Shown piece after piece: positions 9,401-16,482 of a stretch of 64,000 nucleotides of DNA; the first letter of the stretch is position 1; every line of letters begins with the position of its first letter. Source of the DNA: Nanobdellota archaeon (lineage in GTDB: Archaea > Nanobdellota > Nanobdellia > SCGC-AAA011-G17 > PNOQ01). A program made the translations under genes and the position numbers. The notes under the pieces are model-generated. The model saw only the letters and a program-made list of their open reading frames with translations, had not been told where the DNA came from and did not search any database. Location of the stretch: the NCBI GenBank assembly GCA_018829185.1, contig JAHJUI010000019.1, positions 5,757 through 69,756 of the forward strand, written 5' to 3'.

Positions 9401-9589
9401 TTAAGCAAAAAGAAACTTTCATTAAAAGAACAAGACGAATGGGAAGATTACTTCAATGAATATAAAAAAGATTTATCAAATTTAAAGAACAATATTGAAA
9501 AAACTGACAACGAAATTAATCAGATGGTTTACAAACTATATGGTTTATCTAAAGAGGAGATACAGATAATTAAGGAGAGTTTGAGATGA
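6434..9589 (+). CDS. type IIG restriction-modification enzyme (N-terminal PD-ExK endonuclease, gamma-class N6-adenine methyltransferase, C-terminal target-recognition region)
   Basis: LLDYD...ICFEAKGAKTKD (D...EXK) at the N-terminus. ILDPACGSGAFL (SAM motif I) and VVIGNPPYVFAR (motif IV, NPPY) in gamma order. About 450 aa follow the NPPY motif, enough for a TRD. Size of 1051 aa fits MmeI/Eco57I-like single-chain enzymes. Confidence 0.8.
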   Translation: METMSKENSLFKEATIKRLVSNVNLTAKHKKAVNKWLDYFNSGKLENEKQAYIEFANIILRDLLDYDISLEGLKHEEENIEFLFKKDGNNLICFEAKGAKTKDLWAYQGRDKKSRETPVNQINSYLYDKIIPFGILTNYRLFVLFDRNEGSKKYHLIDFTELTKEDKLKEFIALFSREQVEKGFITEVIQQSIVEEREFTKEFYKLYHETRLMLIKEFEENSGISREASVHFAQLYLNRLMFVFFAEDTGKIDKRIIEERVIKTLDNIHLFSSNSSNISNVLVGLFNDLDKGSDFPVKLFGFNGGLFKHPIPPKIFFKDFRDDKFFKDVNQNSKLKKKELELNDNEKEVFHKYKNRISPVIKNILIMDSFDFNSEVNVNILGHIFEQSISDIEDLKTDKSSRRKKEGIFYTPEYITDYICRNTIITYLSKKGINSVPELIKEYAENIEELEEKFKAIKILDPACGSGAFLIKATDIMLEIFRAIQEFKQSEGEYEAKKGLKKKSNAKGQLVLEKWNEEAEAREIIENSIHGVDINEESVEITKLSLFLKMARKNRKLTDLSNNIKQGNSLINDSEVAGDLAFDWDKEFPFKFDVVIGNPPYVFAREKVSQEEKDYYKKYYDSADYQVNTYLLFIEKTISLLKDNGTYGLIVPNAWLMVYSGKGLRKCILDTCKLNQIINLEGFSFDDVSVETIIILAEKKKTDKSTFKVYLNNGKEFVFSHKKNQSEFTKSKGFEFKIFSDETSTSLTEKIKNGSVILDSIVQIKAGLQAYEKGKGNPKQSAKDVKERPYDYNYKFDLQTHKYLDGKDVGRYFVSWSGLYLKYGEHLAAPRTFNLFDGKKIIIREITGRYPKSIIATYSEELYLYNRSNIAIIEKENKKISLKYILSVLNSSLISYYFMKNTAKSVRKMFPKVILKDLRLFPFKELNIEEQKPFIEKADLMLNLNKEFYDKKDKFFNRIKKSFNLEKLNKKLDSFYELEFNDFVKEIEKLSKKKLSLKEQDEWEDYFNEYKKDLSNLKNNIEKTDNEINQMVYKLYGLSKEEIQIIKESLR

Positions 9590-10320
9590 ATCAGGATATT
9601 TCTCAAAAAATATTTCAGCAAGCAATAGATTTATGGATTAAACCTGAAATGGATAAAAGAAAATCTTTGAAAAGATTGCCAAAAGATTTTAAATTAAGAA
9701 GTGCTCAAATATTGTTTTCTTTGGATAGAGGTTGGAATAAGGTAAGGCTTAATGAAGAAGTTAAAGCAGTTGCTAAATGCAAAATCAATTGTGCAAAAAA
9801 TAAAGGAGATGCAATTTATGAAAAGGATATAGATGAAATTGAATCTATTAATCTAACTGAAAAAGATCCAAATTGTGCGCATATCACTTTATTATTATTT
9901 AAGAATAATTGGGTAATTTCATTTGATTTTGCATATAATAAGAAAAGAATTAAAGAGCATATAGATGTAGCTAAAGAATTTTTTGAGAGTGCCAAAGATA
10001 ATCTAGAAAAGAAGAGATTAAGACCATTTTTTGAAAATTCTTTTGCTTGTGCAGAACTTTCAGCAAAGGCTGTTTTACTTCAATTGCCAGATAAAGAGAT
10101 TTTACAAGGTAAGGATCATTCAACGAGAATTAATAAGTTTAAAAACTGGGCTAGTTTAGGCAATGTTAAACAAGAGCATTCAGAGATATTAGAAAGACTG
10201 AATCAACTCAGATCTTCTGCAAGATATTTATGTTCTACTGAATTTAAGAAAGAAAAACCAAAAGAGATTATATCTAAATTAAGCGAAATGATAAATTTTG
10301 CAGAGAGTAGGATAAAATGA
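9586..10320 (+). CDS. hypothetical protein, all-alpha C-terminal half (RM-linked)
   Basis: ATGA overlap with the RM gene at 9586-9589. No catalytic motif is confidently recognised. The C-terminal region (SAKAVLLQLPDKEILQGKDHSTRINKF) is helical. Confidence 0.45.
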   Translation: MNQDISQKIFQQAIDLWIKPEMDKRKSLKRLPKDFKLRSAQILFSLDRGWNKVRLNEEVKAVAKCKINCAKNKGDAIYEKDIDEIESINLTEKDPNCAHITLLLFKNNWVISFDFAYNKKRIKEHIDVAKEFFESAKDNLEKKRLRPFFENSFACAELSAKAVLLQLPDKEILQGKDHSTRINKFKNWASLGNVKQEHSEILERLNQLRSSARYLCSTEFKKEKPKEIISKLSEMINFAESRIK

Positions 10321-11099
10321 GTGATTTTCAACAAGTAAAAAATGTGGCAAAGAATTTTGTTAAAGAAAATAAAGAGTTTTTTGATAGATTTGAGAATGAA
10401 ATTGATGATTTGACTATTGGCAATTATTTTGATTTGTATTTGGGTAGTAAGGGAATCACTGCATTGAACACTGAAACAGAATTTGATAAGATGTATGATG
10501 ATGCTTTAGAAAAATTTCATAATGATAAAGAAAATTTACAAGATATAGAAAAATTGTTAATAGAGTTTCTTGATTTCTTAGTTTGGTTAAAAAAACAACA
10601 GGTCATTTTTAATGTTGACATTTCTGAACGTAAACAGTTACATAAAAATGCACTAGAGTATTCCAACACAATTAATAGAATTTATTTGAACAAAAATCTG
10701 GATGGAAAAGATAAGATTGAGATTTTGCTATTTTATTATTGTTCTCTTCAAGAGATATTTAAGAATGTTGTTCAAGAAGAACTGCTTTTGAATATTTGGA
10801 AACAAGGAAAAACTGATGTTTGTGATTTAAGAAAGAAACATATACAATTAGGTGATTTCAAAAATATAATTGAGAAATATGAAAAAAATAACAAACTATC
10901 GGATGGAATAAATAAGATATTTGATGTTGAATTAAGGAATAAAACACTTCATGCTGATTATTCTGTTAATAATGATGAAATTAAATATGGTTCAAAAAGT
11001 TTAAAAATAACTGATTTACAAAATAAAATAATTAAATTAGGAGTAAGTTTGCAGTTTTTTGTTTTATTTTACCTAAGACTATTTAAGGAATCTGATTAA
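10317..11099 (+). CDS. putative HEPN-domain protein (RNxxxH motif), Abi-like
   Basis: DVELRNKTLHADYSVN carries R-N-x3-H, the HEPN RNase signature as in the AbiD/AbiF (Abi_2)-type families. ATGA overlap with the upstream gene at 10317-10320. Confidence 0.5.
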   Translation: MSDFQQVKNVAKNFVKENKEFFDRFENEIDDLTIGNYFDLYLGSKGITALNTETEFDKMYDDALEKFHNDKENLQDIEKLLIEFLDFLVWLKKQQVIFNVDISERKQLHKNALEYSNTINRIYLNKNLDGKDKIEILLFYYCSLQEIFKNVVQEELLLNIWKQGKTDVCDLRKKHIQLGDFKNIIEKYEKNNKLSDGINKIFDVELRNKTLHADYSVNNDEIKYGSKSLKITDLQNKIIKLGVSLQFFVLFYLRLFKESD

Positions 11100-11100
11100 A

Positions 11101-12543
11101 ATGGCTCATCTCCTGACTAAATCTAAATATATGCAAGGACAACAATGTCTTAGATTATTATGGCTTTCTACAAATAAACTTCTTCCTGAAAAAACTATTG
11201 CTGAAAAGCAAAAGCTTGAACAAGGGCATGAATTTGAAGAATATGCTCATAAATTATTTCCTGATGCTGTAAATCTTGCTGAATTGGGATTCAATGAAAA
11301 TTTAGAAAAAACTAAAGAGTTAATAGAACAGAAAAAGATAATTTTTGAAGCAGGATTAAAAGTTGATGATATGTTTTTGAGAGCTGATGTTTTAGAGCCA
11401 ACAGAAAACGGCTGGAATCTATATGAGATTAAAGCATCCACAAAACAAAAACCTGAACATATCCCTGATTTAGCTTTTCAAAAATTTGTTTGTGAAAAAG
11501 CAGGATTAAACATAGAAAAAAGCTTTGTCTTACACTTAAATAAAGAGTTTATCAAAAATGGAAAGATAAACTCTAAAGAATTATCAACAATAGAAGAAGT
11601 TACTGAAAAAGTAAATCTTATTGATGATGTTGAGAATAATTCTAAATTATATCTTGAAATAATGAATTCAAAAGAAAAGCCTGAAATTTTAATCTCTAAA
11701 AACTGCAATTCCCCATATCCCTGTGCTGTTAAAAAAGATTGTTGGGGAACTTTACCAAAAAATAATGTTTTGCATTTGACAAATTGGAGAGTTTATTGGA
11801 ATCTTTTTGATGATGGAATTATTGACTTAAAAGATGTCCCAAAAGGCACAAAACTAACTCCAAAGGATGAAATCATCTTAGAAGGAGAAACCCAAGAAAA
11901 AATAATGATTTCAAAAGAACATATTAAACATTTTCTGAATTCTTTAAAATATCCTCTTTGTCATTTGGATTTTGAAACTTTTGATACTGCTGTTCCGATT
12001 TTTGATAAATCAAGACCATGGCAAAAAATGCCATTTCAGTATTCTGTTCATATTCAGCCAGAAAATGGAGAAATTATTCATTATGAATATTTAGCTGAAG
12101 ATGGAGAAGATCCAAGACCTAAACTTCTTGAAAATCTAAAAGAACATGCAAAAGGTTCAGGAAGTGTTATAGTTTTTAATAAATCATTTGAAATAAATGT
12201 CTTAAACAAATTAGCAGAAGATTTTCCAGAGCATAAAGATTGGATTCAAAATGTTTTAGACAGAATTATAGATTTAGCTTTTCCATTTCAAAGTTTTTAT
12301 TATTATAATCCATCTCAAAAAGGAAGTTATTCAATAAAGAAAGTCTTACCAGCAATTACTGGAAAAGGGTATACTGGCTTAGAAATTGGGAATGGTGGAG
12401 ATGCAAGTGCATTATATTTTTACAGCCATGTAAAAAAAGAGATTGATGGAAAAGAAGATATAAGAAAAAATCTCTTGAAATATTGTTGTTTAGATACAGA
12501 AGGAATGGTTTGGATTATTGATGAATTAAGGAAGTTAGTTTGA
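11101..12543 (+). CDS. Cas4/RecB-like PD-(D/E)xK nuclease with Cys cluster, fused to a DEDDy-type 3'-5' exonuclease domain (DUF2779-like architecture)
   Basis: N-terminal half: GQQCLRLLW (first Cys), RADVLEP...NLYEIKASTK (D...ExK), AFQKF, CNSPYPCAVKKDC (C-x5-C-x5-C). C-terminal half: LDFETFD (exo I, DxE), VIVFNKSFEINVL (exo II-like), YCCLDTEGM (exo III, YxxxD). It starts 1 nt after the upstream stop. Confidence 0.6.
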   Translation: MAHLLTKSKYMQGQQCLRLLWLSTNKLLPEKTIAEKQKLEQGHEFEEYAHKLFPDAVNLAELGFNENLEKTKELIEQKKIIFEAGLKVDDMFLRADVLEPTENGWNLYEIKASTKQKPEHIPDLAFQKFVCEKAGLNIEKSFVLHLNKEFIKNGKINSKELSTIEEVTEKVNLIDDVENNSKLYLEIMNSKEKPEILISKNCNSPYPCAVKKDCWGTLPKNNVLHLTNWRVYWNLFDDGIIDLKDVPKGTKLTPKDEIILEGETQEKIMISKEHIKHFLNSLKYPLCHLDFETFDTAVPIFDKSRPWQKMPFQYSVHIQPENGEIIHYEYLAEDGEDPRPKLLENLKEHAKGSGSVIVFNKSFEINVLNKLAEDFPEHKDWIQNVLDRIIDLAFPFQSFYYYNPSQKGSYSIKKVLPAITGKGYTGLEIGNGGDASALYFYSHVKKEIDGKEDIRKNLLKYCCLDTEGMVWIIDELRKLV

Positions 12544-12735
12544 GTTTTCTCGCCCCCTCTATAAAAATATCGAACGAAGTGAGTGAAAATGTCCGAAGGA
12601 CTAAAAGCCCCCTCGTTATATTATTTCTTTTTCCGCAGAAAAAGGCACTCTGTCCGTAGGACTCGGAATTCCCCCCGTCGTTTTCGTTTTTAGTTCGTTT
12701 AGTTAAAATTGCCCCCTTCGTTAGCCCCTGAAATT
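12543..12735. repeat. repeat module B, copy 2 (inverted relative to 5160-5340)
   Basis: See 5160-5340. The reverse complement of copy 1 aligns block by block and the copy ends with cccctgaaatt. Confidence 0.5.
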
Positions 12736-12741
12736 ATTGAG

Positions 12742-12941
12742 TTTAACATCGGAATTTAACGAAGTTGAATTTTGAGAGCTGGAGAGAGCCGAGGCAAACC
12801 ACGGCGAGCGACCTCCAAAATTCAATTTGGGTGGAGAAACTTGCAAGGTTTCGGAACCGTTAAATTCCTGTTAGTTGCGTCGGAGCGTAGCGGAGACCGA
12901 GGGATAGTGCAACGATTTTTGCGAAGCAAAAAATCACGAAG
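12742..12941. repeat. structured repeat module A, copy 2 (same outer ends as copy 1; central ~97 nt inverted and expanded)
   Basis: tttaacatcggaatttaacg [centre] cgttaaattcctgttagtt...gcaaaaaatcacgaag. The centre contains atttgggtggagaaacttgcaaggtttcggaacc, the reverse complement of the copy-1 centre ggttccgaaaccttgcaggtttctccacccaaat. Confidence 0.6.
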
Positions 12942-12949
12942 AGTAAGTT

Positions 12950-13660
12950 TTAAGCGGTTGTAACTTTTAATATCTGTTTAACAAAGTAGTCTGGCTCTCG
13001 TTTTCCTCTATAAGCGGGATGTGGTCCAATATAAATAGACTTTCCCATATCTAACAACCTCTTTAATAAAAATTTTTTGTATTTGAAAGAATTGCTCTGA
13101 AATACAATTATATTTGGATTGAAGATTTTGACTTCTTCAATGAAAAAATTTAGTTCAATCTTTTGATCTTGGTGAATTCTATTTTCTCCACCTGTTCTCT
13201 TTTTTCTATTTATTGAAACAAATTTGTAATAGTTTGTTAAAGCAATATAAGATAATGGATTAATTGGAGGTAATTTTTCTTGATATTGCAGTGCTTTCTG
13301 ACAAGATAATATATTTTTGAGGTTGTTCCAATAATTCTGCAAATTAAGATCATCTTTTAGAAAAAATATTGCAGTAAAATATGTTCCTGCGATATGAGGA
13401 TTATGTTTTGATACTGGTTTTTCTTCTATTGCTTGTCTTCTTTCTTCAAAAGATTGAATTCCTCCAATTTTTTCATCTGAACCTATATCTAATCCGACAA
13501 TTAAAATCTTCTTAGAGTTACCATAGTTTGAACCAACATATGGGAAAGTCGGAAATTTAATTCGAGGACTGTTTTTTAAGCATCCAGTTTTTTTATCTAT
13601 ATCAAATTTCTTAAATAAATCTTGATACTCATTTTTTAACTCAGATTGTATCATAATCAA
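12950..13660 (-). CDS. hypothetical protein (weak resemblance to the UDG-superfamily motif pattern)
   Basis: KILIVGLDIGSDE resembles UDG family-4 motif A (h-V-G-E-x-P-G-x-x-E) and GPHPAYRG resembles motif B (HPSP). The resemblance is weak. It sits alone between repeat copies A2 and A3. Confidence 0.35.
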   Translation of the reverse strand: MIMIQSELKNEYQDLFKKFDIDKKTGCLKNSPRIKFPTFPYVGSNYGNSKKILIVGLDIGSDEKIGGIQSFEERRQAIEEKPVSKHNPHIAGTYFTAIFFLKDDLNLQNYWNNLKNILSCQKALQYQEKLPPINPLSYIALTNYYKFVSINRKKRTGGENRIHQDQKIELNFFIEEVKIFNPNIIVFQSNSFKYKKFLLKRLLDMGKSIYIGPHPAYRGKREPDYFVKQILKVTTA

Positions 13661-13710
13661 TTAAACGAGAACCAGACTTTATAATTTTACCGCTTAAAAC
13701 TTATTGCAAC

Positions 13711-13857
13711 TAACATCGGCATTAACAGAAGTCGGCGTAGCCGATTTGGACGAAGAAGTCTGCAAGACTTCGTAGTCTGTTAATGCCTGTTAGTTTCTCC
13801 CGAATACTTGGAGGGATTGATTTTTAGTGCAACGATGCCAAAGGCAAAAAATCAAAG
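13711..13857. repeat. structured repeat module A, copy 3 (covarying stem cattaacag/ctgttaatg)
   Basis: taacatcggcattaacag [centre] ctgttaatgcctgttagtt...tagtgcaacgatgccaaaggcaaaaaatcaaag. The outer stem sequence differs from copies 1 and 2 but stays complementary. The inner hairpin gaagtc-TGCAA-gacttc corresponds to gaaacc-TTGCA-ggtttc. Confidence 0.6.
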
Positions 13858-14050
13858 TTGCAAATTCTCGTTCATATGATTGAGAGGACACTTTAGGACG
13901 GTGGGTTCCGTCTGTAAAACCTATTAAATAATAGAAATTGTTGTTGTATTTTGTCTTGTGAGCCGCCGCCTTTTTTGCTTCTTTTTTTCTAAAAAAGAAG
14001 AGGGGGAGTTTCCGCTCCATCTAAGGAATAAAACACCGCGTAAGGAACAA
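13858..14050. repeat. repeat module B, copy 3
   Basis: Shares ttttttgcttctttttttctaaaaaagaaga..ggggg with copy 1. An inverted copy lies at 18540-18700 with shared blocks ttgcaaattctc, gagaggacacttta (14/14), agaaattgttgt and gtgagccgcc. Confidence 0.45.
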
Positions 14051-14095
14051 TAATGGAAGTTTTGAGTTCTAAATTCATATTTCCTTCTTGCCCAG

Positions 14096-14422
14096 ATGTG
14101 CAACATAAAAAGATTTAAAAAGAACCAAGTAAATATATTTATTATGCCTGATGAAAAAATTGCCAGAGCAATAAAAGCAAAAGTAAGAAGAGAAATGTTA
14201 CAGATACTTTGTCAAAAGGAAAAAATACCTGTTCATGAAATAGCAAATAAATTGAACATAACAGAGTCTTCTGCATCCAAACATTTGAAATTATTGTATG
14301 ATTTAGGTTTTGTAGATTTTGAAGAGAAACATCCAGAAAAATTTTATTTTCTTAAAATAAAAGAAATTAGAGAGCTATTTCAGGTCTATAATAAAATTAT
14401 CAAAAAATTAAGAGGTAAATGA
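14096..14422 (+). CDS. ArsR/TrmB-type winged-HTH transcriptional regulator
   Basis: VHEIANKLNITESSASKHLKLLYDLGFV is an HTH. ATGA overlap with the RuBisCO start at 14419-14422. Confidence 0.55.
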   Translation: MCNIKRFKKNQVNIFIMPDEKIARAIKAKVRREMLQILCQKEKIPVHEIANKLNITESSASKHLKLLYDLGFVDFEEKHPEKFYFLKIKEIRELFQVYNKIIKKLRGK

Positions 14423-15888
14423 AAATGAAAAAAGAACATAAACAATTGCTTAAAACACTTAATGAAAAACAACAAGCTTATGTAAACTTGAACTTGCCTG
14501 ACCCAAAAAATGGCGAGTATCTTCTTACAGTCTTTCATTTAGTTCCAAACGAAAAATTAAATATTTTACAAGCAGCTACAGAAGTTGCAGCAGAATCTTC
14601 TACTGGAACAACCTTTAAGGTGCAGACAGAAACCCCTTTTTCCAGAGAAATGAATGCTCTTGTTTATCAACTTGATTTAAAGAAAAATCTTGTATGGATT
14701 GCTTATCCTTGGAGGCTTTTTGACAGGGGAGGAAATGTGCAGAATATTTTGACATATATTGTTGGGAATGTTTTGGGAATGAAAAAAATAAATACTTTAA
14801 AATTATTAGATGTGTGGTTTTCTCCAGTAATGCTTGAGCAGTATGATGGGCCAAGTTATACAATAGATGATATGAGAAAATATTTGGATGTATATGACAG
14901 GCCTATTCTTGGAACCATTGTAAAGCCAAAAATGGGACTTACTTCTGCTGAATATGCAGAGGTGGCTTATGATTTCTGGGCAGGGGGTGGAGATTTTGTT
15001 AAAAATGATGAACCACAAGCAAATCAGGATTTTTGCCCATACGACAAAATGGTAAGATATGTAAAAAAAGCTATGGATAAAGCTGTCAAAGAAACTGGAA
15101 AGAAAAAAGTTCACTCTTTTAATGTTTCAGCAGCTGATTTTGATACTATGATTAAAAGATGTGAAATGATTAGAAATGCAGGTTTTGAACCAGGAAGTTA
15201 TGCGTTCTTAATTGATGGAATCACTGCTGGTTGGACAGCAGTGCAAACTCTTAGAAGAAGATATCCAGACGTATTTATTCACTTTCATAGAGCAGGTCAT
15301 GGAGGGTTTACAAGACCAGAAAATCCAATGGGATTCACAGTTTTGGTTCTGTCTAAATTTGCAAGATTAGCCGGAGTTTCAGGAATTCATACTGGAACTG
15401 CAGGTGTTGGAAAAATGTCTGGAAAGCCAGAAGAAGATGTTGTAGCTGCGCACAATATTTTAAGTTACATAGCAAAAGGACATTTTTTTGAGCAAAGCTG
15501 GGGAAAGATTCCTGAAAAAGATGAAGATGCTTCGAAGCTCGTTCATGAAGATGCAATTCACCATCTTATTTTAGAAGATGACAGCTGGAGAGGAATGAAA
15601 AAATGCTGTCCTATTATCTCTGGAGGATTAAATCCAATGTTATTGAAGCCGTTTATTGATATAATGAATAATACTGATTTTATTACAACAATGGGGGCAG
15701 GTGTTCATGCTCATCCAAGAGGGACTAAAGCTGGTGCAACTGCATTGGTTCAGGCATGCGAAGCTTATCTTAAAAAAATAGATATCAAAGAATATGCTAA
15801 AGACCATCCTGAATTAGCTGAAGCTATCAAGTTTTTTTCAAAAAAACCAAAGGATGTGGAAGTAGCTGAGGAAACTGAAAAGAGTTAA
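14419..15888 (+). CDS. rbcL: ribulose-1,5-bisphosphate carboxylase, large subunit, type III (archaeal)
   Basis: GGGDFVKNDEPQ (GxDFxKxDE), TIVKPKMGLT (carbamylated-Lys region), FIHFHRAGHGG (HRA.H) and the C-terminal GGL..M.. pattern. No small-subunit gene nearby, consistent with form III. Confidence 0.85.
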   Translation: MKMKKEHKQLLKTLNEKQQAYVNLNLPDPKNGEYLLTVFHLVPNEKLNILQAATEVAAESSTGTTFKVQTETPFSREMNALVYQLDLKKNLVWIAYPWRLFDRGGNVQNILTYIVGNVLGMKKINTLKLLDVWFSPVMLEQYDGPSYTIDDMRKYLDVYDRPILGTIVKPKMGLTSAEYAEVAYDFWAGGGDFVKNDEPQANQDFCPYDKMVRYVKKAMDKAVKETGKKKVHSFNVSAADFDTMIKRCEMIRNAGFEPGSYAFLIDGITAGWTAVQTLRRRYPDVFIHFHRAGHGGFTRPENPMGFTVLVLSKFARLAGVSGIHTGTAGVGKMSGKPEEDVVAAHNILSYIAKGHFFEQSWGKIPEKDEDASKLVHEDAIHHLILEDDSWRGMKKCCPIISGGLNPMLLKPFIDIMNNTDFITTMGAGVHAHPRGTKAGATALVQACEAYLKKIDIKEYAKDHPELAEAIKFFSKKPKDVEVAEETEKS

Positions 15889-15930
15889 TAACAAGATCAA
15901 GTTTTCATAGTTCTTCTTTTTTCTTTATAA

Positions 15931-16482
15931 TTGGTGTTAAGAATGAAAAAAGCAATATTTTTAGACAGAGACGGAACATTAATTGAAGATAGTGGTTATG
16001 CTTATAGAATAGAAGATTTAAAAATTTATCCTGGCGTTGTTGAAGGCCTAAAATTATTACAAAACGATTATTTGTTTTTTATTATAACAAACCAATCAGG
16101 AATTGGAAAAGGGTTCTACACAACAAAAGACTTTCATAGATTTAACAATTCTCTTTTAGAACAATTGAGAAACCAAAATATAAGAATAGAAAGAACATAT
16201 TTTTGTCCGCATATTGGTGATTGTAAGTGTAAAAAACCAAGTACAAAATACATAGAAGAAATTGTTTCTGAGTATAGTATTGATTTAGTAGAATCGTGGG
16301 TTATTGGAGATCATCCCTCTGATATTATTATGGGTAAAAATGCTGGTTGCAAAACAGCATACCTTCTTTCAGGGCATGGCACAAAACATTTTCAAGAGCT
16401 TGAATTAAAAAGAATAAAACCAACAATTATTACAGAAGATTTTTTATCTACTGCTAAATCTATTAGAGAATATGAAAACTAA
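15931..16482 (+). CDS. HAD-superfamily phosphatase, GmhB / histidinol-phosphatase-like
   Basis: AIFLDRDGTLIED (DxDGT motif I), IITNQSG (motif II), CPHIGDCKCKKP (GmhB-type Zn site), GDHPSD (motif IV). Confidence 0.65.
   Translation: MVLRMKKAIFLDRDGTLIEDSGYAYRIEDLKIYPGVVEGLKLLQNDYLFFIITNQSGIGKGFYTTKDFHRFNNSLLEQLRNQNIRIERTYFCPHIGDCKCKKPSTKYIEEIVSEYSIDLVESWVIGDHPSDIIMGKNAGCKTAYLLSGHGTKHFQELELKRIKPTIITEDFLSTAKSIREYEN

Noticed and set aside
12772-12963. 63-aa ORF in the ORF track
   Set aside because: It lies entirely within repeat module A2, is Arg/Gly-rich with repeat-derived composition, and has no start context. Judged spurious.
4961-14050. Possible CRISPR array suggested by the repeated ~150-400 bp elements
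   Set aside because: The repeats are long, few (3-4), imperfect, unevenly spaced and separated by whole genes rather than 30-40 bp spacers. There are no short regularly interspaced direct repeats and no cas genes other than a Cas4-like domain.
13790-14106. Two short minus-strand ORFs (13790-14020, 13924-14106)
   Set aside because: They fall inside repeat module B3 and its palindrome and overlap each other, so they are most likely non-coding repeat sequence.
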